DNA of 64,000 bases from a virus. The notes below the pieces were generated by a model. It worked only from the letters and a program-made list of their open reading frames with translations, was not told the origin of the DNA and searched no databases. Positions 45,121 to 54,245 of this stretch are shown here, piece by piece. The translations under genes and the position numbers were made by a program. The DNA is taken from positions 1 to 64,000 of IMG/VR virus record IMGVR_UViG_3300049459_000229. One strand, 5' to 3'. The first letter of the stretch is position 1. Each line of letters opens with the position of its first letter.

Positions 45121-45149
45121 ATTCTGGCACGCTTCTTGCTGGATGTAAA
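45121..45149 (-). promoter_or_regulatory. Promoter of inverted island with embedded antiparallel sigma54 site
   Basis: Minus strand TTTACA-N17-CAGAAT; plus strand TGGCACgcttcTTGCT at 45125-45140. Confidence 0.7.
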
Positions 45150-45185
45150 GTAACGACAGGAGGTTGTTGACTAGAGAAAATTGTT

Positions 45186-45214
45186 TTGACACAAGACAGA
45201 AGTTTGCTTACCCT
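45186..45214 (+). promoter_or_regulatory. sigma70-type promoter for rdgC/replication operon
   Basis: TTGACA-N17-TACCCT; spacer resembles the promoter at 53270. Confidence 0.55.
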
Positions 45215-45248
45215 AATAATCCCTTTCCCAAGAGAATTCACCTACCCT

Positions 45249-46103
45249 ATGTGGCTCAAAAACGCAACCATCTTCGGCATCAGCCCGAAGGCGCAATTCC
45301 CTGTCGAGCAGCTTGAGGCTGCTCGTTTCGTTCCCGCTGGCGACCTGCAGCTGACCTCCAGCGGCTTCGTGCCGATTCAGGGCGAGCTGGCCTACAAGCA
45401 GGGCAAGCACACCTTGCTGCGCTTCATGATGGAAAAGAAACACCTGCCGGGCTCGGCCGTGGCGGTGAAGCTGGAGGAGCGCTGCGCCGAGTTGGAAGAT
45501 CAGCAGGGCTTTCGGCCGGGCAAGAAGGCGATGAAGGAGCTCAAGGAGCAGGTCATCGACGAGCTGTTGCCGCGCGCGCTGTCGTCGCGCCGTTCGACCC
45601 TGGTCTGGATCGATCAGGACCAGCACCGCATCGTGATCGATTCGACGTCGAATGCCGTGATCGATGAGGTCCTGCGCGTGCTGCGTAAGACTTATGAAGG
45701 CATCGACCTGGGTATCTGCGATGTCAGCTGGCCGCGCGCCAAGGTGCTGACCGAGTGGGCGATCGACAACGAGCCGGCTGACTTCACGGTCGACGACACG
45801 GCGGTGTTGGCCTACCCAGGTGAACGCGGCAAGGTTGTGAAGTTCGAACGCGCTGATCTGAGCCAGAAGGATGTGCAGCAGCATTTTGCCGCCGGCGCCA
45901 TCGTGCAGTCGGTCGCCATGACCTTCGGCAGCCGCCTCTCGTTCGTCATGACCGACAACAACCAGATTCGCAAGATTAAGCCGCTAGACGTGCTGCAGGA
46001 AGGCCGCGACGCCGAGAAGGACGTCGACCGCTTCGCCGGCGACGTCGAGCTGATGACGCGCGAGCTGGGCGTGCTGTTCGATCGCCTGGTGCGGGAAGCA
46101 TGA
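45249..46103 (+). CDS. rdgC: Recombination-associated protein RdgC
   Basis: MWLKNATIF, F.P...Q..SSGFVP, EKKHLPGS.V, ELLPRA. Confidence 0.92.
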   Translation: MWLKNATIFGISPKAQFPVEQLEAARFVPAGDLQLTSSGFVPIQGELAYKQGKHTLLRFMMEKKHLPGSAVAVKLEERCAELEDQQGFRPGKKAMKELKEQVIDELLPRALSSRRSTLVWIDQDQHRIVIDSTSNAVIDEVLRVLRKTYEGIDLGICDVSWPRAKVLTEWAIDNEPADFTVDDTAVLAYPGERGKVVKFERADLSQKDVQQHFAAGAIVQSVAMTFGSRLSFVMTDNNQIRKIKPLDVLQEGRDAEKDVDRFAGDVELMTRELGVLFDRLVREA

Positions 46104-47215
46104 GCACAGCCTATTACAACGAGTTTGATCCCGGCGCCGCGGCGTGGCTCCGGGAGCTCATCAAAGAAAAACTGATCGCGCCGGGCGTGGTCGACGAAAG
46201 GAGCATCGCAGATGTCACACCCGGAGACCTTGCCGGATTTACCCAGTGCCACTTCTTCGCCGGCATCGGCGGCTGGTCCTACGCTCTCCGACTTGCAGGC
46301 GTCCCTGACAGCCGTCGAGTGTGGACGGGCAGCGCTCCTTGCCAGCCTTTCTCCTCGGCAGGCGAAGGCGCAGGGTTTGATGACGAGCGGCACCTATGGC
46401 CCGCCCTCCACCACCATGCCCGCGTCGGACGTCCTGCAGAAATCCTTGGAGAGCAGGTTGCAAGCAGCCTCGTCGACCCATGGATCGACCTTGTACAAGC
46501 TGACCTGGAAGCCTTGGGTTACGCCGTCGGGTCGGTCGCGTTCCCGTCTGCGGGCATCGGTGCTCCGCACATCCGCGACCGCTGCTACTGGGCAGGCCGG
46601 CTGGGTGACGCCGACCTCCCGCGACTGGAAGGACTCGGGAGCCGATATCAAGCCGCGCTCGGACAATGGCAAGGAGCGGCTGGATCAGCTGCCCAGGCAA
46701 GCGAACTTGTGCGGCTGGCCCACGCCGACGCTTTGCGACAGCGGCCGGGTGCCGGCGCCGGACTTCACCACCAAGAACCTCACGCTGAACCATGGCGCGG
46801 TGCTGACGGGCTGGCCCACGCCGCGCGCGGCGGACGGCTCGAAGGGCGTGGACCCGACAGCGGACACGCTGCGCGGGACGGATCTGCCGACCACGGCCAG
46901 CTGGGCGGCTGGGATCGCCGTGCCGGGCCCGGCCCGACTAACGGCTACTGGGAAGCTGCTGACTGGCTTGCATGCCGAGACAGCCGATGGCGGCCTGTTG
47001 AGCCCGGCACACAGCCGCTGGCTCATGGGCTACCACGCAGCCTGGGATCGTGCGGCGCCGGGGTGGCAGGACTGGCACGCGTGGCAGGCCTTGATGCAGC
47101 AAGCCTTGGTCGAGCAAAGAGCTATCGCGTGACGGCGCTGCGCGGCTATGGCAATGCGATCAACGTCTACGCCGCGAAAGCATTTATTGAAGCGTTTTAC
47201 GGAGTATCTGAATGA
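46100..47215 (+). CDS. C5 DNA cytosine methyltransferase, alpha (catalytic) chain
   Basis: Motif I FFAGIGG, IV GSAPCQPFS, VI EQV, VIII PHIRDR, X YGNAI; motif IX absent in this frame. Confidence 0.9.
   Translation: MSTAYYNEFDPGAAAWLRELIKEKLIAPGVVDERSIADVTPGDLAGFTQCHFFAGIGGWSYALRLAGVPDSRRVWTGSAPCQPFSSAGEGAGFDDERHLWPALHHHARVGRPAEILGEQVASSLVDPWIDLVQADLEALGYAVGSVAFPSAGIGAPHIRDRCYWAGRLGDADLPRLEGLGSRYQAALGQWQGAAGSAAQASELVRLAHADALRQRPGAGAGLHHQEPHAEPWRGADGLAHAARGGRLEGRGPDSGHAARDGSADHGQLGGWDRRAGPGPTNGYWEAADWLACRDSRWRPVEPGTQPLAHGLPRSLGSCGAGVAGLARVAGLDAASLGRAKSYRVTALRGYGNAINVYAAKAFIEAFYGVSE
46212..47132 (+). CDS. Nested alternative-frame methyltransferase beta chain (putative TRD + motif IX); true start uncertain
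   Basis: +1-frame ORF with GWxTP repeats and LSPAHSRWLMGYHAAWD motif IX-like end. Confidence 0.7.
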   Translation: MSHPETLPDLPSATSSPASAAGPTLSDLQASLTAVECGRAALLASLSPRQAKAQGLMTSGTYGPPSTTMPASDVLQKSLESRLQAASSTHGSTLYKLTWKPWVTPSGRSRSRLRASVLRTSATAATGQAGWVTPTSRDWKDSGADIKPRSDNGKERLDQLPRQANLCGWPTPTLCDSGRVPAPDFTTKNLTLNHGAVLTGWPTPRAADGSKGVDPTADTLRGTDLPTTASWAAGIAVPGPARLTATGKLLTGLHAETADGGLLSPAHSRWLMGYHAAWDRAAPGWQDWHAWQALMQQALVEQRAIA

Positions 47216-47547
47216 CCGCTGGAACCCTAGGCCCCTGTGCCAAGCTGGAGGTGCGCTGCACCATCATCACGCCTGACGGCAGCCGCTTCGTCGGCGAGAA
47301 CTGGTGCGCGCACCCTCAGCCGGTCTGCCCGCGCGCGCCCGGCGAAGGGTATGAGAAGTGCCAGACCATCTGCGGTCAGATCGGCCACGCCGAAGAAGTT
47401 GCCGTGATGCTGGCCGGTGATGCCGCGCGCGGCAGCCATGCCTATGTCGAAAACCACACCCATGCCTGCCGCAATTGCCAGGAAGTTCTGTTCGGCCAGG
47501 CAGGGGTCAAAGCGCTGACCATCGGCGCGCCACCGGAGAAAGTATGA
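47212..47547 (+). CDS. Cytidine/dCMP deaminase-family protein
   Basis: GEN..C...HAEE...HACRNC (HxE / CxxC zinc site). Confidence 0.8.
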   Translation: MTAGTLGPCAKLEVRCTIITPDGSRFVGENWCAHPQPVCPRAPGEGYEKCQTICGQIGHAEEVAVMLAGDAARGSHAYVENHTHACRNCQEVLFGQAGVKALTIGAPPEKV

Positions 47548-47720
47548 CGGACAAGACCTATATGGATGACGTGCTCTGCCCAAGGAAGCACCAGTTCCGA
47601 CTTGCTCGTCGCGTCGATACGGCCGGGAGGAGTGTGAGGACGTTCTGCCCTTTTTGTCAGCGGAGCTATCAAATTACCGCCGGCTCTTTGCCGGCTAAAC
47701 GCCTGAAAGGTAACGAATGA
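47544..47720 (+). CDS. Small zinc-ribbon protein
   Basis: CPRKH...CPFC; SD GGAG. Confidence 0.6.
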   Translation: MTDKTYMDDVLCPRKHQFRLARRVDTAGRSVRTFCPFCQRSYQITAGSLPAKRLKGNE

Positions 47721-47923
47721 AAAACTGCACCAAGGACGACCTGCCCTTCGAATACATCAAGCCGGCGCCGCTGAATCAGCGCGTCATCCTGCTCGAGCGC
47801 GACGGCTCGATCGACGTCGGGCCGTGGAAAGGCCCGACGGTCGGCAGCAACGCGCGCTACATCGGCTGGCATCCGGTGCCGGCGCGTGACCTGGACCTCG
47901 AGCGAAAGCTCGAGCTGGCGTGA
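47717..47923 (+). CDS. Hypothetical protein (DUF551-like)
   Basis: AP..RVILL...IGWHPVP. Confidence 0.65.
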   Translation: MKNCTKDDLPFEYIKPAPLNQRVILLERDGSIDVGPWKGPTVGSNARYIGWHPVPARDLDLERKLELA

Positions 47924-48357
47924 TGGTGATGCCTTACCAGCACTATCCGGATCCGGACCTGACCAAGGTCCAGGCGCTGGTCCGGCGCGTCTCCAGCCCG
48001 TTCTGGATGCACCGGCCTGAAGCCTGGATCTGGCAGCGCCCGGACGGCTACCCGCAAGGGTTTGTGGGGCTGATGGACAGCCCCGGGCTGTGCAACTTGC
48101 TGTGGTTGTCGATGGCATTTGATCGGCCGCCGCAGGTCTACGACGCCAACCAGAACGGCCTTTTCCTGCGGCTACTTAGTGGCGCGCGCGATGCGAAGCT
48201 GGGCGGTGAGCCGCTGACCGACTGGGCCGGCCTGCTAACCCTGCAGGAGTTCATCGACCAGCTGCCGCAAGAGGCGGGTCCAGCCGGCACAATCGCGAGC
48301 ACCTACCCGCTGCTGCGGCTACTCGGCGAAAGGAGGCTTGGCCATGCTGACGCTTGA
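47920..48357 (+). CDS. Hypothetical protein
   Basis: Coupled ORF. Confidence 0.7.
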   Translation: MMVMPYQHYPDPDLTKVQALVRRVSSPFWMHRPEAWIWQRPDGYPQGFVGLMDSPGLCNLLWLSMAFDRPPQVYDANQNGLFLRLLSGARDAKLGGEPLTDWAGLLTLQEFIDQLPQEAGPAGTIASTYPLLRLLGERRLGHADA

Positions 48358-49786
48358 GCAGGTGATCGAGCGCTACCCCTTCCCGCATCCGCTGGGAGGG
48401 GTGATGACGCTCGAGCAGATGCAGAAGGAGGACATCGTCAAGGCGGCATTCTGGCGCCGCGCGCTGCTCGATTTGCCGGTCGGCTATGGCAAGACGGTGA
48501 TCGGCACCTGCATCGCCCTGATGCTGCAGCCGCAGCTGACTGTCATCCTGGTGCCGCCGGTCCTGATCGCACAGTGGGTGGCCTGGCTCAACAGCATCCC
48601 CGGCGCCGGGTTGGCGCTGGCGTATGACGCGGCGCCGAAGAAGCGCCGCGCGCTGCCGCTGGAAACCGCCGACTGGCTGATCATGAGCTACCAGGTTTTC
48701 AACAACGACATCGATTTTCTTTCCGATCTGTGCCGCGACGCTGATGTGTTGCTGGAAGTCGACGAGGCGCAGAACCTGAAAGGTCGTGGCGTACTGTTCA
48801 AGAACGTGCGAAACTTCTCGTCCGGCCGCGACCTGATCACGATGTCGGGCACGATCGCCAGCAAGCCTGGCGATTACTACAGCTACATTAAGCTCAACAC
48901 GCCGGACGTCTACACCAGCTACACCGCTTTTGAAAACATCCACGTGCTCGAACGCGACATCTTCAAGCAGCCGAAGGAGTGGCACAACCTCGACCTGCTG
49001 CAGACGAACTTGAACATGCGCCGTATTCACCGCACGAAAGAGGAGGTGCACTCAAAGCTGCCCAAGGCGAACATCATCCCGATCTACTACGACCTGTCGA
49101 AAGAGCACATGGCGCTGTACCGGCGCCTGATGGATGAGCAGCTGCTGCTTCTGGAGGACGGCGGCAAGATCGATGCCACTACCGCCACGAAGCTGTATCA
49201 CGCCGCCCAGCAGATCGTGCTGGATTTCGGCACCTTCGCCGGCGACCCGGAGAAGCGCTCGGCAATCTTCGACCTGGTCGACGGCATCGCCGATGAAATC
49301 AACCTCGGCGGCGAGATTCTGATGGACGGGAAGGTGCAGCCAGCCAGCAAGCTGATCCTCTGGACCACGCACAGGAGCGTGTCGCGGTTGCTTGGTGAGC
49401 ACATGGACGCTCACCTTGCACCGCTCGGCAAGAAGGGTGTAATGGCTTTCTCCGAGGTCGACTCGAAGGCGAATATCCAGCAATTCATGCACGACCCGAA
49501 TACGGTCAATCTGACTGCACAGCCGAGCAGCGCTGGCGCCGGCCTGAACCCGCAGTACATGTGCTGGGAGTGCGCATATATCCAGATACCGACTACCACG
49601 ATTCCCTTCATCCAGTCGTCAGGCCGGATCGATCGCAAGGGTCAGCGCTACAACCCGAACATCCGGCTCCTGATTGCGCGCGGCACGATCCAGGAGCAGC
49701 TGCTGCAGAACCTATTCAAAAATGATGAACTTGTCAATAGAGCAGCAGGTTCGATAAGCTCCATCAGAAATTTGATTTTCCCGTAG
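48344..49786 (+). CDS. SF2 (SNF2-like) helicase
   Basis: PVGYGKT, VDEAQ, MSGT, GAGLN, QSSGRIDRKGQ; SD AGGAGG. Confidence 0.9.
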   Translation: MLTLEQVIERYPFPHPLGGVMTLEQMQKEDIVKAAFWRRALLDLPVGYGKTVIGTCIALMLQPQLTVILVPPVLIAQWVAWLNSIPGAGLALAYDAAPKKRRALPLETADWLIMSYQVFNNDIDFLSDLCRDADVLLEVDEAQNLKGRGVLFKNVRNFSSGRDLITMSGTIASKPGDYYSYIKLNTPDVYTSYTAFENIHVLERDIFKQPKEWHNLDLLQTNLNMRRIHRTKEEVHSKLPKANIIPIYYDLSKEHMALYRRLMDEQLLLLEDGGKIDATTATKLYHAAQQIVLDFGTFAGDPEKRSAIFDLVDGIADEINLGGEILMDGKVQPASKLILWTTHRSVSRLLGEHMDAHLAPLGKKGVMAFSEVDSKANIQQFMHDPNTVNLTAQPSSAGAGLNPQYMCWECAYIQIPTTTIPFIQSSGRIDRKGQRYNPNIRLLIARGTIQEQLLQNLFKNDELVNRAAGSISSIRNLIFP

Positions 49787-49843
49787 GAAATAGCTGTAGA
49801 ATCCGCAGTTCAATAAGCAGTTCAACCGTACAAGGAAGGCAAC

Positions 49844-50323
49844 ATGGCAGACTACCGCCCGCTGAACAGAGCTGAAAGACTCAGCCTGCAGTCGCAGTGG
49901 CTCAATCACCGCATGGCCGACAGCCCCGCCTGGAAGGCGGCAGCGCCGCAGCCGCGGCTCCTCTCCGTGAGCGAGAACAAGGCCTTCGTGGCGTGGCTGC
50001 CTGGGGCCGACGGCCAGCCCCAGGTTATCGACCTGTTGCGCGCGACCGACATCCAGATATCATTCACGACCGGCATCACCGTCACCCTCACCGGCCGTGC
50101 CAGCAGCAACGGCTACCACATCAGTACCCATCCGCGCGAGATCCTGCCGGGCGTCTTTGCCTGGGTCCCGCCGTTCTGCGAAGTGCGCTTCTGCCCTTAT
50201 CAGTTCAGCGACCCGGCCAGCGTGTGGCGCACCACCCTGCCGATCATCGTTCGGATACCTGGTCAGATCGTCTTCTCGACGCTCAAGGAGTTCCGCGACC
50301 AGTGGCCTGGCGTGAACGTGTGA
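49844..50323 (+). CDS. Hypothetical protein
   Basis: SD AAGGA; 159 aa. Confidence 0.7.
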   Translation: MADYRPLNRAERLSLQSQWLNHRMADSPAWKAAAPQPRLLSVSENKAFVAWLPGADGQPQVIDLLRATDIQISFTTGITVTLTGRASSNGYHISTHPREILPGVFAWVPPFCEVRFCPYQFSDPASVWRTTLPIIVRIPGQIVFSTLKEFRDQWPGVNV

Positions 50324-50330
50324 GGGCACC

Positions 50331-53273
50331 ATGAGCGCATTCCACTACTACCAGATCAAGGGTGGCGAGGAGGGTTGGCAGCCAGTGCCGGTATCGCACC
50401 GTGACCAGACCATTGCCGATATCCACCCGATGTTCATGACCGTGCTGGCGGTGTCCAAGCTGGTCGACAACCTCACCTACGAGGAAAAGCTGAAGCTGGC
50501 CTACATGGGGCCGTTCTACTCGGACTTCGACTCGGAAGACGGGACCCTGGTCATCGAGAAGACCAACGAGTACCTCGACAAGCTCGAGGCCCTGGGCGTC
50601 AACCTTGCCATGTGCCGGCTGTTCACCACCGGCGGCCGCGGCTACCACGTCGAGGTGCCAGTCGAGCTTTTCATGGACAAGGTGCCGAAGAATGGCGTGG
50701 TCGGTCTGCCCTCGATCTACCGCGAGATGGCGCTGTCGCTGGCCGTCGATACGCTTGATCTGAAGATATACTCGACCGGGCGCGGCCGCATGTGGCGTCA
50801 GCCCAATGTCGAGCGTGACAACGGCCGCTACAAGGTGCCGATCACGGTTGACGAGATGCGGAGCATGACGCCGGAGGTCGCGGTGGCGCTGTCATCGCAG
50901 CCGCGCGACCCGGTCCCGGTACTGCCGCCAGCGTTCTGTGTCAAGCTCTCGATCGAGTATTCCGCGGCCATGCAGAAGGTCGAGGACCTGCTGAAAAAGC
51001 GCGCCAAGTTCAAGCCGGATCCGCATGTGCGCGAGAAGGCCGGCTGCGCTTCCATCCAGTACATGATGGCAGGCCTCGGCATCAAGCATGGCGTCGGTTT
51101 CCAGGAGATCGCCACCCAGCTGGCGATCGCCGCGGTGGCGGCCGGCCTGTCGGAGGAGCGCTTCGTTGTCGAGTGCTCGGGCCTGATCGAGAATCACCAG
51201 GGCGACGGCAGCCGCTACGGCTCGCCGGCGAAGCGCACCGAAGAGCTGCGCCGCATGCACCGCTACATGGACGGCAACGCCTGCTATGAGTTCTCGGTCG
51301 GTGCCATCAAGACGCTGCTGAACCATCCGGCGCCGGACCTTGACGGCATCACGACCACGAAGGAGGAGGTCAAGGCCGAGATCGAGCTTGCCGCCACCCA
51401 GCTGGACGACCCGGAGCTACAGCAGGATGAATATGCGGACGTGGCCAAGGGCGTCACGCTGTCGCGCTACGGCGTGTATGTCGACGGCGAGTTCGGCAAG
51501 AAGCGGGTCTGCGCGGTGTCGTTCGACGCCGCGGCGATCCTCATGTCAAAAGACAGCGACCAGATCATCGGCTACGACGCCGTGGTGCTGGTCAACGGCA
51601 AATCGGTAGGCGCCATCACGCTGGAGAGCGACATGTTCTCCGGCCTGGTTCCTTTCAACCGGTTCGTGTCGAAATACGGGCACGCCTTTCAGGGCACCGA
51701 TGCCCAGGTAAGGACGGTAATGATGCGATTCGTAGAGCAGGCAAAAAGGAAGGGCAATATCAGCTATGTCGTGGAGCGTGAGGGCCTCGACATGATCACC
51801 ATCCCCCAGCACGAAAACCCACGGCTGCGTGAGCCCTTCATGATCTGGTCCGATGCGCACGGTGTGCGCCTTGAGCCGGAGATCGAGGAGACGGGCTTGA
51901 AGATCAAGTTCGCCGGCTACCCGGATCCGCGTGGCGTGTTCAAGACCGACATCTCGAATGCGCCGGCGCTGGCCAGTTGGCTGGAGGAGCCGAACAACAA
52001 GGAGCTGCTGACCGAGACGCTCGAGCATCTGTTCAAGTGCCAAAAGCCCGAGGTGCTGGGCAAGATGCTGGGCTGGTATGTGGCCTGCTTCTGGAAGCAG
52101 CTGTTTCAGAAGCACTACGGCAAGTTTCCGCTGCTGCATATCAACGGTCCGGCCGGCCTCGGCAAGACCGAGAGTCAGCTTGGCCTGGCGTCGATGTTCT
52201 TCTGGCGCGGCGAGGCGCGGCCGCTCTCGCCCGGCTCGACCAACTTCGCGCTGCTGCAGCACCTGATGGCGTCGTCCTCGATCCCGCTGATCCTTGATGA
52301 ATACAAACCGCACGTGATGCAGAAGACGCGTCTGGACCAGCTCAAGGGTCTGCTGCGCGACGTCTACAACCAACGTGACCAGGCGCGCGGCGGCGGCTCG
52401 CGCGAGAGCGATGATTACCGCGTGCTGCAGTTCTCGCAGATGGCCGCGCCCATGGTGTTTATCGCCGAGGCGGCCGAGGAGGAGGCCGCGGTGATGGAGC
52501 GCGTGGTGCTGGTGACGCTGTCCCGCCCACATCAGAGCGAAGGCCTGCGCCGGCATGCGCACTGGCAAGCCTACTGGCGCAATCGCCACCTGCTGGGAAT
52601 CCTCGGCCAGTACCTTGCGATGACCCTGGTGGAGGGCGGCGCCGGCGAGCGCTTTGTCGAGGAGTTCGACGAGCTGTATGCGGACGCGAAGCGCCAGTTC
52701 ATGTTGTCCGAGGAAGACCTGAAGGGCGGCCTGGAGCCGGAGCAGCTCAAGGAAAAGCAGAACACCAAGGAGCGTCCGGTCTACAACCACACGGTGGCAC
52801 GCTTCGGCATGCGTCAGTTGCGCAACCTGGTGAACGATGCGATTGGCCCGAAGTTCGACGGCATCATGGCCGAGATGGAGCAAGGTGTCTTCGCCCGCCT
52901 GCACGACCTGCATGCGGCAACGACGCCGGAGTATATCAAGGTGCTGTCCGAGATTTCCAGCATGAGCCACCACATCGAGGCCGACCGCCAGGATGCGATC
53001 CGCAAGAACTACGAGTACGCCTTCGTCGAAGCAGGCGGGCGCGCGCTCATCGAGATCGCGATCCGGCCGGCCTATCAGCGCTACCGCATGCACTGCCGGG
53101 CGACCGGGCTGGAGGCGCTGTTTGGCGGCTTCGAGAGCTTCGCGCACTCGGTGCAGGACTGCAGCGCGTTCGTCAAGCGTGGTACTGGCGAGAAGCTGCA
53201 GGCGCCGGGCGTATTCACGTTTGACGCGGATGAACTTGCACGCCTTGGCGTCGACGTATTTAAAAGCAATTGA
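50331..53273 (+). CDS. Primase (AEP-type)-helicase fusion
   Basis: YSDFD and TGGRGYH AEP motifs; C-terminal GPAGLGKT Walker A and LILDE Walker B. Confidence 0.85.
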   Translation: MSAFHYYQIKGGEEGWQPVPVSHRDQTIADIHPMFMTVLAVSKLVDNLTYEEKLKLAYMGPFYSDFDSEDGTLVIEKTNEYLDKLEALGVNLAMCRLFTTGGRGYHVEVPVELFMDKVPKNGVVGLPSIYREMALSLAVDTLDLKIYSTGRGRMWRQPNVERDNGRYKVPITVDEMRSMTPEVAVALSSQPRDPVPVLPPAFCVKLSIEYSAAMQKVEDLLKKRAKFKPDPHVREKAGCASIQYMMAGLGIKHGVGFQEIATQLAIAAVAAGLSEERFVVECSGLIENHQGDGSRYGSPAKRTEELRRMHRYMDGNACYEFSVGAIKTLLNHPAPDLDGITTTKEEVKAEIELAATQLDDPELQQDEYADVAKGVTLSRYGVYVDGEFGKKRVCAVSFDAAAILMSKDSDQIIGYDAVVLVNGKSVGAITLESDMFSGLVPFNRFVSKYGHAFQGTDAQVRTVMMRFVEQAKRKGNISYVVEREGLDMITIPQHENPRLREPFMIWSDAHGVRLEPEIEETGLKIKFAGYPDPRGVFKTDISNAPALASWLEEPNNKELLTETLEHLFKCQKPEVLGKMLGWYVACFWKQLFQKHYGKFPLLHINGPAGLGKTESQLGLASMFFWRGEARPLSPGSTNFALLQHLMASSSIPLILDEYKPHVMQKTRLDQLKGLLRDVYNQRDQARGGGSRESDDYRVLQFSQMAAPMVFIAEAAEEEAAVMERVVLVTLSRPHQSEGLRRHAHWQAYWRNRHLLGILGQYLAMTLVEGGAGERFVEEFDELYADAKRQFMLSEEDLKGGLEPEQLKEKQNTKERPVYNHTVARFGMRQLRNLVNDAIGPKFDGIMAEMEQGVFARLHDLHAATTPEYIKVLSEISSMSHHIEADRQDAIRKNYEYAFVEAGGRALIEIAIRPAYQRYRMHCRATGLEALFGGFESFAHSVQDCSAFVKRGTGEKLQAPGVFTFDADELARLGVDVFKSN

Positions 53274-53298
53274 CACGAGTCAATAAGTTTGCCATACT
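53270..53298 (+). promoter_or_regulatory. sigma70-type promoter
   Basis: TTGACA-N17-CATACT with extended TG. Confidence 0.75.
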
Positions 53299-53366
53299 GA
53301 ATTTTCACCCACATGCCGGGCGTGGGATCCTGACCCGGCAAGACGATAACCTTAAAGGTAACGAAA

Positions 53367-54182
53367 ATGGCACTGACCCCGAAAACCGCAGCAAACACCC
53401 AAACCGCGCAATTCGAAGCTCCGGATGACGGCAACGTCATCGAGAACGGCGCAACCGACACCCGCAGCGCAGCGCAAGCTCGTCTGGCTGAAGCGGCCGC
53501 CCAGCACGCTGCTGCCAAGCCGGCTGAAGAAGCTAAGCCGTCCGAGAGCCGCGCTGTTGCGGCGCCGGCCCAGACTGGCGGCCAGGTGGCCAAGGCCAAG
53601 CCGATGGTCAACCCGCTGGAAACCCTGAAGAACGCGTTCCCGCTCGAGTTCGACACGCTGCGTCAGCTGGTGATCACCAACGGCAACATCACGGACAAGG
53701 CCACCGGCCGCGTGCTGGGCACCAACATGGGCGCCGAGATCCTGACCTTCCAGGACCAGTGGGTGGTCTCGCCGGGCGTCGACGGCGACGAGGGCAAGGA
53801 AGCTGTTCGCTATTCGGATGACGGCATCACCACTACCAAGGGCGAAGACGTTCAGGCTTACCTGAACCAGCTGAAGACCTCCGGCTATCCCAAGGCCAAC
53901 GTTTCCGAGCGCGTGGTGCTGGGCCTGGCGATCGTGGAGCTGAGCGCCAAGGGCAAGAAGGAGATGCCGGATCTCGAAGGTACGCTGGCGCAGGTCAGCC
54001 TGCCGCCGACTTCGAAAGCTACCTTCAAGCGCTATCAGATGGACCAGGCCTTCAAGATCGGCAAGGGCTTCATCGATGCAGAGGGTGCCCAGACCGTGCG
54101 TATCGACTGTGACGTCACCAAGCGCGGCGACATGAGCTGGACGGTCGCTGACTTCAAGCGCTACGAAGGCAACCTCGCGTAA
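53367..54182 (+). CDS. Putative single-stranded DNA-binding/recombination protein
   Basis: Own promoter and terminator, high-expression codon bias, position after primase-helicase. Confidence 0.55.
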   Translation: MALTPKTAANTQTAQFEAPDDGNVIENGATDTRSAAQARLAEAAAQHAAAKPAEEAKPSESRAVAAPAQTGGQVAKAKPMVNPLETLKNAFPLEFDTLRQLVITNGNITDKATGRVLGTNMGAEILTFQDQWVVSPGVDGDEGKEAVRYSDDGITTTKGEDVQAYLNQLKTSGYPKANVSERVVLGLAIVELSAKGKKEMPDLEGTLAQVSLPPTSKATFKRYQMDQAFKIGKGFIDAEGAQTVRIDCDVTKRGDMSWTVADFKRYEGNLA

Positions 54183-54204
54183 CAGCCACTCACCACCACC
54201 CTCA

Positions 54205-54230
54205 AGGGACCTCTTCGGAGGTCCCTTTTC
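54205..54230 (+). terminator. Intrinsic terminator
   Basis: AAGGGACCTC-ttcg-GAGGTCCCTTTTC. Confidence 0.85.
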
Positions 54231-54245
54231 TACAGGAGAAATCCC

